From Akkermansiaceae bacterium (GTDB taxonomy: Bacteria; Verrucomicrobiota; Verrucomicrobiia; Verrucomicrobiales; Akkermansiaceae), in assembly GCA_051251915.1 (NCBI GenBank), contig JBPOGF010000024.1:1-54210 (forward strand): 54,210 nt of DNA, written 5' to 3'. The position numbers and the translations under genes are program-made. The notes below the pieces were generated by a model. The model was not told the origin of the DNA. It did no database searches and saw only the letters and a program-made list of their open reading frames with translations. How positions within the stretch are numbered: the first letter of the stretch is position 1; each line of letters starts with the position of its first letter. Shown here piece after piece: positions 45,330 to 54,210 of this stretch.

Positions 45330-45429
45330 TGAGATACTTTGTCTGGTAGGCAAAATTTTAGGGAGGTAAGAATGCAAGCATTCACTCCGTTGTTGTTGGA
45401 TGATAAACCAACCTCCCTAATATAAATAG

Positions 45430-45470
45430 AAGCGGTTTCCTTGGTAGCAATGCATAGGGAACCGCTTTTT
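45430..45470. terminator. Intrinsic terminator
   Basis: AAGCGGTTTCCT...AGGGAACCGCTT followed by T residues, between convergent genes. Confidence 0.7.
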
Positions 45471-45474
45471 CATT

Positions 45475-45951
45475 TTAATTATTAATGCTAGCTAGCACGT
45501 CATCTAAGTGACTAGATGGATTCACCTTTACTAATATGTGGCTGAGCTTTCCTTGTTCATCGATGATGAATGTGCTGCGCTCGGTGATGGCGAAAAGGGT
45601 TTTTCCGAGGATGGTTTTCTCGCCTAACACGCCGTATGCGGTTGCGATTGATTTATCAGAATCACTGATTAATGGGAAAGGGAGTGATTTCTTTTGGATG
45701 AAATTCTCATGGCTCTCGATGGAGTCTGTGCTGATGCCGAAGAGGACGGCTTTTGAGGATATTTCGCTCCAGCGGTCGCGGATATCGCATGCTTGGGTGG
45801 TGCAACCGGGGGTGGAGTCCTTGGGGTAGAAATAGAGAACTACTTTTTGGCCTATGAAATCTGAGAGTTGGATTTGAGTTTCTTCGTTGTATTGACCGCC
45901 AATGACTGCTGCGTTGAATTGTGGTGCTTGTTCACCAATGGTAGGTTTCAT
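45475..45951 (-). CDS. bcp: Peroxiredoxin (Bcp/PrxQ)
   Basis: VVLYFYPKDSTPGCTTQAC, ERSTFIID. Confidence 0.92.
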   Translation of the reverse strand: MKPTIGEQAPQFNAAVIGGQYNEETQIQLSDFIGQKVVLYFYPKDSTPGCTTQACDIRDRWSEISSKAVLFGISTDSIESHENFIQKKSLPFPLISDSDKSIATAYGVLGEKTILGKTLFAITERSTFIIDEQGKLSHILVKVNPSSHLDDVLASINN

Positions 45952-46829
45952 ATTGATGGTTTAGCTAGCTTGGTTCTTGAGATCGAGTAAATAATGATGG
46001 CGATCCAAATGAGTGAGAATGCGAGGACTTGGGTGAGGTTGATCACTTCTTTGTAGTAGAGGATGCCGAGTAAAAACTGACCTGTAGGAGCGATGAACTG
46101 AAGGATTCCGATTTGGTTTAGTGGGATGCGTTTAGCTGCCGCGGTGAAGAATAACAGTGGTGTGATGGTGGCTAGGCCACTGAGAATGATGATTAAGATG
46201 CTCAGGGGGGAACTGTCCATCCAGATGTTGCTGTGCTGATCTTGTTGTAGGTAGAGGTAGGCAATAGCTATGGGTGAGAGAGTGCCGACTTCGATGGTAA
46301 GGATGGAGAATCCATCGGCTTGTGTCATTTTCTTGCAGACGCCGTAGATGGCAAAGGTGCTAGCGACTAGGAGTGCGGGCCAAGGGATCCCGCCTATTCC
46401 GATGCCTTGCATGAGGACGCCGATCGCGGCTATTCCGACAGCGATGATTTGGAGACGGGACATGGCTTCATTTAACATAAAGTAGCCGATGACGATGTAC
46501 ATCAAGGGGAGGATGAAGTAGCCGAAGGATACGGACACAATCATGTCGTTGTTTACTGCCCAGATGTAGATGAGCCAATTTGCGAAAAGTAGTGAGCCTG
46601 TTAAGAAGGAGAAAAGGAGTGTGCGTGGTTGCTTGAGTTTTTCTAAGAGGGTGGGGATGCGTCTGCGAATGGCTAGAATGATGATGAGTGTGATGGTGCT
46701 CCAAACTAGGCGGTGAGCAGTGATGACTAGCGGTGGTATGGTATCGAGTAACTTCCAGTAGAGAGGGAGTAGGCCCCAGAGTGTGAATGCGGCGATACCA
46801 TAGATGATGCCATAAGTGTGAGATGTCAT
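45948..46829 (-). CDS. rarD: RarD (EamA/DMT) permease
   Basis: WGLLPLYWK, HRLVWS, NWLIYIWAVN, GYFILP, GILQFIAPT.QF. Confidence 0.92.
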   Translation of the reverse strand: MTSHTYGIIYGIAAFTLWGLLPLYWKLLDTIPPLVITAHRLVWSTITLIIILAIRRRIPTLLEKLKQPRTLLFSFLTGSLLFANWLIYIWAVNNDMIVSVSFGYFILPLMYIVIGYFMLNEAMSRLQIIAVGIAAIGVLMQGIGIGGIPWPALLVASTFAIYGVCKKMTQADGFSILTIEVGTLSPIAIAYLYLQQDQHSNIWMDSSPLSILIIILSGLATITPLLFFTAAAKRIPLNQIGILQFIAPTGQFLLGILYYKEVINLTQVLAFSLIWIAIIIYSISRTKLAKPSI

Positions 46830-46850
46830 GATGAGGTGTGATCTCTCTAG

Positions 46851-48128
46851 CTAGCCTATTCCAGGAGTATCTTCTGCTGCTACTTGCTTGATGGTGATTT
46901 CTCGCTGAGGGAAAGGGATATCTATTCCGTTGTCACGGAAGGCTTTCCATATTTCTAATAGGACTTGTGAACGGACATTTGCAACGCCTTCATTGGCATC
47001 ATTGATCCAGAATCTGATTTGGAGGTCGATGGATGAATCGCCGAAGCCGATCAAGAGACAACGGGGTGCTGGATTCTTAAGGACTCTTGGGATATTAGTA
47101 GAAGCTTCTTCACAGACCTTGATGGCTTTTTCTACGTCGGTGTCGTATGAGACTCCGAGGTTGGCTCTGATGCGGACATTGGTGTCTGAGAATGACCAGT
47201 TGACTACGTTGTTGGTGATGAAGTCTTCGTTGGGAATGAGGATTTCTTTTCGGTCGCGTGTGAGTACTGATACGTAGCGAGTGCGGAGGGTGTTGATCCA
47301 GCCATAGGTTCCATTGATCTCGATAACGTCGCCTGGTTTGATGGACTTATCTAACAGAATGATGACGCCAGATACGAGGTTGGAGATGACTTTCTGGAGA
47401 CCAAATCCAAGTCCTAATCCTAATGCTCCTGAGAATACAGCGAGTGCTCCAAGTGGGAAGCCTGCTACTTTGAGTGAGATGAGGAATGCGGATGCGTAGA
47501 GGGTGAGTCTGGAGGATTTGCCTATGAGGACGCGGATGGATGGGGGGATTTCCTTGCGTGTATGGACGGCGCCATCGACGAGTTTGGTGATGATTCCTAC
47601 GAGCCAGAGCAGAATGAATAGTGCTACGAAAGATGAGGCTATTTTAAAGATGTCTATCTTGATGCTTCCTACTTCGAAACTAATATTGGTGAGGGCTTGC
47701 TGGAGTGGGTCTAACCAGCCAAACTGCTGTAAAATAAAGAGTGTGAGCATGCCGAAACCGATGAATTTGGGCATGAGTTGATCTTTGGAGAATGAGACAG
47801 CGAGCTTAAAGAGGCAATAAGCTGAGACTAGGGCTGCGATGGTGTAGATGTAGAGGCAGTCGACTCCTTTATTGGATAAAACTGACTGAAATAGCCAGAG
47901 GAAGAGGCAGAAGAAAATGGGAATTGAACGGATTCCTTTGTGGGCGCGGACGTGACGGAGAACGAGTTGTTCAAATTTGGTTTCAGTCTTCTCAAACCAC
48001 TTATGGACAGCCAACCTAGTGATAATAGCTAGGATTAAACATCCTGCAATGATGCCCCATTGCCACCAGTCTTCTGGTCCATCGATGAGTGACCAGAGGG
48101 TGTTTTTTATTTGTTCTAGGTTAGGCAT
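46851..48128 (-). CDS. Small-conductance mechanosensitive channel (MscS family)
   Basis: GALGLGLGFGLQ..SNLVSG, IKPGDVI, IPNEDF, VVNWS, FGDSS, IDIPFPQREI. Confidence 0.93.
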   Translation of the reverse strand: MPNLEQIKNTLWSLIDGPEDWWQWGIIAGCLILAIITRLAVHKWFEKTETKFEQLVLRHVRAHKGIRSIPIFFCLFLWLFQSVLSNKGVDCLYIYTIAALVSAYCLFKLAVSFSKDQLMPKFIGFGMLTLFILQQFGWLDPLQQALTNISFEVGSIKIDIFKIASSFVALFILLWLVGIITKLVDGAVHTRKEIPPSIRVLIGKSSRLTLYASAFLISLKVAGFPLGALAVFSGALGLGLGFGLQKVISNLVSGVIILLDKSIKPGDVIEINGTYGWINTLRTRYVSVLTRDRKEILIPNEDFITNNVVNWSFSDTNVRIRANLGVSYDTDVEKAIKVCEEASTNIPRVLKNPAPRCLLIGFGDSSIDLQIRFWINDANEGVANVRSQVLLEIWKAFRDNGIDIPFPQREITIKQVAAEDTPGIG

Positions 48129-48132
48129 GTCG

Positions 48133-48861
48133 CTATTGGAGTAGGGCGAGGAATTCTATATTCCCGTCAGTTCCAGTGATGGGAGAGGTGGTGACTGAGA
48201 GCCACTCGCGCTTGAGTTTTTGGGTGACGAAGTCGTGGATTTTATCGACTGCTTTTTGGTGGAGTTCAGGGTCACGGACGATGCCGCCTTTGCTGATGTC
48301 GTCACGTTGTAGCTCGAACTGTGGCTTTACTAAGCAGATGATTTTTCCGCCGGGTTTGAGGACGCTGAAGAGAGGGGGGAGTATTTTTGTTAGAGAGATG
48401 AAGGAGACGTCAGTGACGGCGAGGTCGACTTGTTCGCCGATGTCATCTGGGACCATGTAGCGGGCATTAAATTTCTCTTTAACGATGACGCGAGGGTCGT
48501 TGCGGATTTTCCAGACGAGTTGGTTTGTTCCTACATCAATGGCATGGACTTTTACTGCTCCGCCTTGGAGGAGGCAGTCAGTGAATCCGCCGGTGGAGGC
48601 TCCGCAGTCGAGGCAGGTCATGCCTGTGGGGTCTATGCCAAATTCCTTGAGTGCGCCTTCTAGCTTGAGTCCACCACGGCTAACAAATTTTGGTTTCTCG
48701 CGGATGCTGAGGTCTGCTTCGGTGTCGAGTTTTGTGCTGGGTTTGGCTATTCTGGTGGTGCCGGTCATGACTTCGCCAGCCAAGATGAGTCGTTTTGCTT
48801 GCTCGCGTGAGTCACATAGTCCGCGTGACATTAGTAAGGCATCTGCTCGTTCTTTAGGCAT
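48133..48861 (-). CDS. tlyA: TlyA family rRNA (cytidine-2'-O)-methyltransferase
   Basis: S4 domain, FVSRGGLKL, DCGASTGGFTD, DVSFISL, LVKPQFE, SPITG.DGN.EF. Confidence 0.95.
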   Translation of the reverse strand: MPKERADALLMSRGLCDSREQAKRLILAGEVMTGTTRIAKPSTKLDTEADLSIREKPKFVSRGGLKLEGALKEFGIDPTGMTCLDCGASTGGFTDCLLQGGAVKVHAIDVGTNQLVWKIRNDPRVIVKEKFNARYMVPDDIGEQVDLAVTDVSFISLTKILPPLFSVLKPGGKIICLVKPQFELQRDDISKGGIVRDPELHQKAVDKIHDFVTQKLKREWLSVTTSPITGTDGNIEFLALLQ

Positions 48862-48873
48862 GGTCGTTGTATT

Positions 48874-49521
48874 TTAATGGTAGGTGCGGATGGTGTCGAT
48901 GGTGTGTTTCTCGATATTTGGCACCTCGCAGTCATCGGTAGGGTATCCTACGACGAGTAATAAGAAAGTTTTCTCTGAGCTGGGGCGGTCTAAAATTTTG
49001 TTTAGGAAGTTCATTGGAGAAGGCGTGTGTGTTAGGGTAGCTAGTCCGCTTTGGTGGAGTGCTGTGATTAGCATGCCTGTAGCGATCCCGACGGATTCCT
49101 TGGCGTAATAGCATTTGCGTTCGATTCCCTCGTGGTCAAATGTGGTGGATTTCTGGAAGATAGCGATGAGGATGGGAGCTGTTTCTAGAAATGGTTTGGA
49201 TTCGTTGGTGTTGAGGTGTTTGAGCGCATCTATCCATTCTTCTGGTGCACCACCGTTGTAAAATTTGTGCTCATGTTGTTCTGCGGCGGTTCTCATTTCT
49301 GCCTTCACTTGCGGCGATTTGACCACGCAGAAATGCCAAGGTTGGAGGTTTGCACCGTTGGGGGCGGTGCCAGCGGCGAGGAGGCAGTACTCGATGATTT
49401 CATCGGGCACTGGGGTGGCTTTAAATTCTCTAACTGATCTTCTTGTTTTGATCTGTGAATAGAAGTTGGCTGCGTCTGTGCGCATTTGCTCTTCTGTTTT
49501 GGTAGAGAAGTTTAGCTTCAT
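48874..49521 (-). CDS. Nitroreductase-fold flavoprotein, iodotyrosine deiodinase-like
   Basis: RRSVREF, AGTAPNGANLQPWHF, E-x3-Y...K(+25)PFLE, ESVGIATG, LTHTPSPM, LLVVGYP. Confidence 0.85.
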   Translation of the reverse strand: MKLNFSTKTEEQMRTDAANFYSQIKTRRSVREFKATPVPDEIIEYCLLAAGTAPNGANLQPWHFCVVKSPQVKAEMRTAAEQHEHKFYNGGAPEEWIDALKHLNTNESKPFLETAPILIAIFQKSTTFDHEGIERKCYYAKESVGIATGMLITALHQSGLATLTHTPSPMNFLNKILDRPSSEKTFLLLVVGYPTDDCEVPNIEKHTIDTIRTYH

Positions 49522-49539
49522 GGAGATAAGTGTTTGAGG

Positions 49540-51045
49540 CTACTTTGTGATGAATTCCACGAGGTCCTTACGCATTTTGATAAGGTCTGGTTGGTTGAGG
49601 TAGAACATGTGTCCGGCGTCATACCATTTTACAGAGATGTTTTTGCGTTGTCCAGGGGTGATGTCTAGGTGATCAACTGAGTGAAGAACTCCTCCTGAGG
49701 GTGTGGCTAGGTCTGTGTATCCGCACTGGATTAGGATCTTAAGGTGAGGGTTTTCTTCGAGTGCATTTGAAACGCTTGAGGAGAGGTTTACGTAGCCATT
49801 TGAGGTGTCCCATTTCCAAGGGTGAACTTTGCTGGTGATGATCTCGTAGACGCGCTTGTCTTCCCAGCCGAGGTCATCTGTTAGATAAGCCATCATTGCG
49901 TTAGTGAATGGGCCTTTGGCTACATTGAATGAGGGGTCGAACTCTGCGCGGTCTCCGAGGTTGTCTAGTGCAGGCCAGGCTACTCTTGCATCAAATCTAC
50001 CGAGGACCTTATTCTGGTCTTTCAGAAGGGTGTTTCTGAAGAATGAGGGGTTTATGCGAAGGTTGCTTTTGAGGATGAGGTCAGTGTCGATTCCTGTGAG
50101 CCTATTGAGCTTAGCTGCGATTGCTTGTTGGGTAGCTAGGGGTAAGTTTCTGCCTTTGTGTAGTGCGGTGAGGTATTCTGTATCGGCGAATTTTTTAGAC
50201 TCCTCAAAGAGTTTGTTGCGATCACCTTTGATGACTCCGTGGTAGTGAGCTACGGATGTGAGGGTGGGGAGGTAGAGTGCGTAGCTGAGGTCATTTCCTG
50301 AGCTAGGTGAGAGCGTGCGGTAGTCTAGGAGGCTAGAGAGTAGGACGACGCCATTTAGGTGCATGCCGTATTTGCTCTGTAGTGTGGAGCTGAGTCCAGC
50401 AGCGCGGATTCCGCCGTAGCTTTCTCCTAGGAGGTATTTAGGTGATGACCAGCGTTTGTTTTCTGAGACCCAGCGTCTGATGAAGTCTGCTACTGAGTCT
50501 ATGTCTCCTCTGACGCCGTGAAATTCGCTTGATTTGGCGTCTTTTTCTACGCGAGAGTATCCGGTTGTGACTGGGTCGATGAAGACTAGGTCTGCAACAT
50601 CAAGAATGGAGTAAGGGTTCTCTTTGAGAACGACTGGAGGTTTGATGGGTTGAGTTCCGTCTGGTGAACTAGGGGCAATACGTGGGCCGAGAGCGCCGAG
50701 GTGGAGCCATACTGCGGATGAACCAGGTCCACCATTGAAGGCGAACATGACTGGGCGTTGGCTGACTTTGGTGTCAGTTTTGGCGATGTAGCTGACGTTG
50801 AAAATCTTGGCTCTGGCAGCGCCTTTGTCAGATGTGAGGGTAAGTTCTGATGCTTTTACGGTGTAGTTGATGACCTTGCCGTTGATGGTGACTGAGGCTT
50901 CGGTGGTTTTCTCTACGTCTTTGGTATCAGTCGATTTTTCTTTTTTATCCGACTTTTCGTTTTTCTTTTCAGTTGAGGGAGTCTGACTGAATGCTGAGCT
51001 GGTGACGATCAGCGAGATGCCTAGGGTGATGAGTGATTTCTTCAT
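49540..51045 (-). CDS. Secreted serine carboxypeptidase (peptidase S10)
   Basis: Signal peptide; FNGGPGSS, FIDPVTTGYS, GESYGG, DLATP, AGHMFY catalytic-triad motifs. Confidence 0.93.
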   Translation of the reverse strand: MKKSLITLGISLIVTSSAFSQTPSTEKKNEKSDKKEKSTDTKDVEKTTEASVTINGKVINYTVKASELTLTSDKGAARAKIFNVSYIAKTDTKVSQRPVMFAFNGGPGSSAVWLHLGALGPRIAPSSPDGTQPIKPPVVLKENPYSILDVADLVFIDPVTTGYSRVEKDAKSSEFHGVRGDIDSVADFIRRWVSENKRWSSPKYLLGESYGGIRAAGLSSTLQSKYGMHLNGVVLLSSLLDYRTLSPSSGNDLSYALYLPTLTSVAHYHGVIKGDRNKLFEESKKFADTEYLTALHKGRNLPLATQQAIAAKLNRLTGIDTDLILKSNLRINPSFFRNTLLKDQNKVLGRFDARVAWPALDNLGDRAEFDPSFNVAKGPFTNAMMAYLTDDLGWEDKRVYEIITSKVHPWKWDTSNGYVNLSSSVSNALEENPHLKILIQCGYTDLATPSGGVLHSVDHLDITPGQRKNISVKWYDAGHMFYLNQPDLIKMRKDLVEFITK

Positions 51046-51174
51046 GGCGGAACCATAATGGCATCATTCCGAGAGTGCGAGAAAAACCTGTAGAGCTTTT
51101 CTATAGCGGTGGGTATTATTTCGGAGTAGAGGGGGAGAGCGATTCTCTGCTCGAACCAATGTTGTGGTAATTTA

Positions 51175-51789
51175 CTAAGCCGCGTTTCTTAAGAGGGCTA
51201 CTAGGACGCCTTGGATGATGAGTTCTCGGGCGGGTATGAGGTCTGGAAAGAGTTCATTTTCTGCTCTGAGGAAGGGTTTGCCATTTTCTACGACGTAGCG
51301 TTTGAGTGTGGTTTCACCGTCGATGAGTGCGGCTACGACGTCGCCTTTTCTTGGCTCGCGGAATTCTAGGATGACGGTGTCGCCATCACAGATGTGAGCG
51401 TCTACCATTGATTCCCCGCGGACTTTTAGTGCGAAGGTGCGGGCGTTGTGTTTAAGGCCTAGGCTGCGGATGTCTATGGAGAGGCAGCCTTCTTTTTCGT
51501 GTTCGACATCTTGGCCCATACCTGCGGCGATGTTTCCGTAGATGGGAATGTCTACGATTTCTTCGCGGTCGAGTTCATCTGGGAAGACGACGGCTCTGGC
51601 TTTACCTGGGACACGCTGGATGACTTGCTTTTTCTCTAGTGCGCGGAGGTGGTTCATGGCTGCTGTTTGGCTTGCGAATCCGAAGAAGTGCTGGATTTCT
51701 CTGGTGGATGGCATAACTCCGGTGACTCTGGCCTCACGCTTGAGGTAATCATAGACTTCTTGTTGGCGATTGGTAAGTGTATCCTTCAT
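51175..51789 (-). CDS. lexA: SOS repressor LexA
   Basis: LT.RQ.EV, PSTREI, HLRALEKK, cleavage site IAAG, catalytic GESM and TLKR. Confidence 0.96.
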   Translation of the reverse strand: MKDTLTNRQQEVYDYLKREARVTGVMPSTREIQHFFGFASQTAAMNHLRALEKKQVIQRVPGKARAVVFPDELDREEIVDIPIYGNIAAGMGQDVEHEKEGCLSIDIRSLGLKHNARTFALKVRGESMVDAHICDGDTVILEFREPRKGDVVAALIDGETTLKRYVVENGKPFLRAENELFPDLIPARELIIQGVLVALLRNAA

Positions 51790-51799
51790 GTATCTATAT

Positions 51800-51825
51800 G
51801 AACACTATTCGTGAGAACATGTCAA
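51800..51825 (-). promoter_or_regulatory. LexA (SOS) box overlapping the lexA promoter
   Basis: TATTC-GTGA-GAACA (51806-51819) matches the Verrucomicrobia TGTTC-N4-GAACA motif with one mismatch. An extra GAACA half-site lies at 51800-51804, and TTGACA on the - strand at 51825-51820. Confidence 0.75.
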
Positions 51826-51850
51826 CGCTGAAGTTGAGGAAACGGTTTTT

Positions 51851-52501
51851 TCAGTTAGTGGCTTTATTTTTGCGCCAAGCAGAGGTGTTGGGCTGAGTGA
51901 GGAGGGAGAGGGGGGAGTCTTGGAGGGAGAAGGTGTGGATGATGTGCTTGAGTAGGACGATGGAAGCGATGGAGTCGTAGAGGGCATCGTGCCATGTGAT
52001 TCTACTCTCTGGTGATGCTGTCTTCGAGAGGTTTGAAATTTCATCCACTATTTGTAGCGTGGTGCAGATGCTGCCGAGGGAGTAATCTGTTAGAGAGGGG
52101 TATGCGGCTCTGCTTAGGTGGAGGGTATCGACCCATGGGCCGAATCCGTGGGCGGGGAAGGCTCTGAGGAAGCGTTTCTCTGTACCGTGGCCGTGGGCTA
52201 CTACGATGCTTCCGCTGAGACGATTTTTGATTTCGGGCCAGAGGAGCATGAGTTTGGGGGCGTCGGCGAGTTGTTCCTTGGTGATGCCGTGGACTTGCTG
52301 GGCTGCCCAGGTGATTTTCTTATTGGTGTGGATGTAGGACATCCAGGTGTCTGAAAGGGAGGGGGGAGCGGCCTCGACAGCGGTATCATGATTGAAGAGT
52401 GACCAGGTGGCGGTGCCGATTTGAACTGGAGTGTCAGTGCTGCCAGCTGAGGTGCCAGCGGATTCGAAATCGATGGCCGTGAAGGTGACTTGGTTGATCA
52501 C
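51851..52501 (-). CDS. DEDDh 3'-5' exonuclease (DnaQ-like)
   Basis: AIDFES, VHGIT, VAHG, WVDTL, HDALYD. Confidence 0.88.
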   Translation of the reverse strand: MINQVTFTAIDFESAGTSAGSTDTPVQIGTATWSLFNHDTAVEAAPPSLSDTWMSYIHTNKKITWAAQQVHGITKEQLADAPKLMLLWPEIKNRLSGSIVVAHGHGTEKRFLRAFPAHGFGPWVDTLHLSRAAYPSLTDYSLGSICTTLQIVDEISNLSKTASPESRITWHDALYDSIASIVLLKHIIHTFSLQDSPLSLLTQPNTSAWRKNKATN

Positions 52502-52507
52502 TGAGTC

Positions 52508-53038
52508 TTATTTGATAGTGAATTTACGACCTCTGTTCTCTTTTAATGCACGTTTGATTGATGCGTGTAGTTCATCTAGATCATCTGTATCGAATAGTCT
52601 GTATTCGATGGTGTGGGCGTGGGTGGTGATAGGGTATTCTTTTTCGACTGTGGTGTTGAGGTCTACTCCTGCGCGAGCTCCGCCACTTTCTACGAGGCTT
52701 TTGCCGCGATCGATGAGGTTTCTAGCAGTACTAGCTGCTCCGCTTTCACCTGGTAGTTCGAAGGTATAAAATCTGACTAATCCTGAGCCACTAGTCTGGA
52801 TGTTGACTTCATTTACTATGTATGACTGACCGATTACGTATGTGTGGATGCTAACTGATGAAATTCTATCGAGCGCGACCATGTAGTTGCCTCCTGGGAG
52901 ATCAGCTTCCCAGAATCTTTTGGAGCTAGTGGTTACATCGGTGTTGTCCGATTCTTCGTCTTGAGCGTAGCTGAGTTGGCCAAAGACAAGGAATGATGTG
53001 AGTGCTGTGAATACGGCTGATTTGATCAATGATTTCAT
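52508..53038 (-). CDS. Secreted hypothetical protein
   Basis: Signal peptide ending SYA|Q; co-oriented with the exonuclease gene. Confidence 0.75.
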   Translation of the reverse strand: MKSLIKSAVFTALTSFLVFGQLSYAQDEESDNTDVTTSSKRFWEADLPGGNYMVALDRISSVSIHTYVIGQSYIVNEVNIQTSGSGLVRFYTFELPGESGAASTARNLIDRGKSLVESGGARAGVDLNTTVEKEYPITTHAHTIEYRLFDTDDLDELHASIKRALKENRGRKFTIK

Positions 53039-53149
53039 AGTGATAGTTTGTCTGCTTATGAATTAGTTTACGGGCTTGTGTTTGTGAAGTTACAATAATT
53101 CGACAAAAGTCAGATTGCAAGAATTGAAAAAAGATGCTTGTTTACTTGC

Positions 53150-53602
53150 ATGCCAAAGTTTCGACCAAATGTTGCAGCCATCATCCTGAATAAAGAAGGA
53201 GAGATATTAGTGTGTGAGAGGAAAAATGACCGAGGGGCGTGGCAGTTTCCTCAGGGAGGCGTGGATGGTAAGGAGACTGATCTCCAGGCATTGGCGCGCG
53301 AGGTGATGGAGGAGGTCGGGATTCCGGCTGAAGATTATAAGGTGGTGGATAGTCGTGAGGGGTATTATTATTTGTATCCGCGATATATTCGGGTGAAGAA
53401 GAAATGGGATGGTCAGAAGCAGATTTATTTTTTGTGCCGGTTAAAGAAGAAGGCGAAGGGGCCTGATTTAGGGGAGAATAATGCTGAGTTTCGTGATTTT
53501 AAGTGGGTGAAGCCTGAGGGGTTTGATGCAAAGTGTTTACCTGATTTTAAGCTGGAGGTATACCGTGAGGTGATGGAGGATTTCTTTGGGATTAAGTGGT
53601 GA
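53150..53602 (+). CDS. rppH: RppH-like Nudix hydrolase (RNA pyrophosphohydrolase)
   Basis: FRPNVA, WQFPQGG, Nudix box AREVMEEVG, GQKQ.YF, EF..FKW, FK.EVY. Confidence 0.85.
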   Translation: MPKFRPNVAAIILNKEGEILVCERKNDRGAWQFPQGGVDGKETDLQALAREVMEEVGIPAEDYKVVDSREGYYYLYPRYIRVKKKWDGQKQIYFLCRLKKKAKGPDLGENNAEFRDFKWVKPEGFDAKCLPDFKLEVYREVMEDFFGIKW

Positions 53603-54028
53603 TTTGTAGAGGGTGGATTTGAGTTTTGAAATACGGTAGTTTAGCTGAGATGCATGATTATCAAATGCCTTGTGGATAGTGCCATCTATGGCGCAAATGC
53701 CTATAACTGCAGTGTTATGTGAGTCGTTTGTATTGAAGTGATGGTCTTTAACGTGGATGATTTCCCATTGGCCTTTGGGTAGCTTTCTGCGTCCAATACA
53801 GACGTGTCTATCAGCGCCATAGTAGGTGATATACTGATAGCGCTTGTAGGAGGTTAGGGGGCTTTGTTGGTGAGTTCTGCCATTGGCTGTTAGACCAAAT
53901 TGAGCTGCAGGACCTTGAGCGAACGTTAGTGTCTTTGTATCAACTATGGACGTTTCACTCAGCACGAGTTCTTCAGCGTGGATGGATAGAGGAAGAAGAA
54001 GTATTAAAAATCTGATTAGAGTATACGT
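53600..54028 (-). pseudogene. Truncated BNR-repeat (BNR_4-like) secreted protein remnant
   Basis: YQY..YY...RRKL..G.W and DSHN...IGI...DGTIH.AFD.H...LNYRIS motifs. The in-frame signal peptide begins at ACG (54028-54026). Similarity ends before the frame runs into the rppH 3' end; the left boundary is approximate. Confidence 0.65.
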
Positions 54029-54091
54029 AGATTGTTTTGACTTGGGCAGTTGTGGTGTATTGGAGGGTGTTTCTGCTTAATAACGGGCCAC

Positions 54092-54123
54092 AAAAAAGCC
54101 TGAGGCTTAAATGCGCTCAGGCT
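54092..54123 (-). terminator. Intrinsic terminator downstream of tRNA-Lys
   Basis: AGCCTGAG...CTCAGGCT hairpin with an A6 tract, i.e. U6 on the - strand. Confidence 0.75.
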
Positions 54124-54141
54124 GTATTTTGTGGTAAAAAG

Positions 54142-54210
54142 TACGCAGACTGGGACTCGAACCCAGGACCAATTGGTTAAAAGCCAACTGCTCTACCAAC
54201 TGAGCTATCT
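54142..54210 (-). tRNA. tRNA-Lys(TTT); first ~4 nt lie outside the window; CCA not encoded
   Basis: Reverse complement reads AGA-TA-GCTC-AGTTGGTA-GAGC-A-GTTGG-CT-TTT-AA-CCAAT-TGGTC-CTGGG-TTCGAGT-CCCAG-TCTGCGT-A. Confidence 0.96.

Noticed and set aside
54130..54210. Integrated element or prophage at tRNA-Lys
   Set aside because: No integrase, transposase or duplicated tRNA 3' end was seen in the window. The T arms in the Y RNAs do not match this tRNA's stem sequences.

Overview
A 54 kb bacterial chromosomal segment, most likely from Verrucomicrobiota. This assignment is inferred from a Verru_Chthon/PilX-like giant ORF, a Verrucomicrobia-type LexA box and the gene repertoire. The + strand is strongly G/T-rich. 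Most of the window is housekeeping or transport genes: truA, ruvX, FKBP, dgt, recQ, SulP, LptF/G, pgi, apt, aat, a MacAB-OMF pump with a two-component system, hflX, MATE, a TetR-RND pump, bcp, rarD, MscS, tlyA, lexA, rppH and tRNA-Lys. The outstanding feature is an RNA-repair locus at 2437-9685: rtcR is divergent from a sigma54 promoter driving Ro60/TROVE (rsr), three tandem unannotated Y-RNA-like genes (5884-6291) and rtcB, with rtcA lying beyond an inserted pilin gene. The three RNAs share a GAATGC...ACTACAT...TTGTC stem module but carry different apical domains. The first is a classic YrlA-like tRNA mimic closed by a GAAA loop and the third is a minimal loop. The second contains all the parts of a complete, circularly permuted 77-nt tRNA (anticodon ATT, discriminator G, encoded CCA), whose anticodon stem is split at position 28/29 by the putative Ro-binding stem, directly upstream of an RNA ligase. 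Other oddities are a diverged 251-bp tandem duplication making a truA-ruvX chimeric ORF, an iodotyrosine-deiodinase-like flavoprotein and a decayed BNR-repeat gene next to tRNA-Lys. All calls are by eye; no searches were run.
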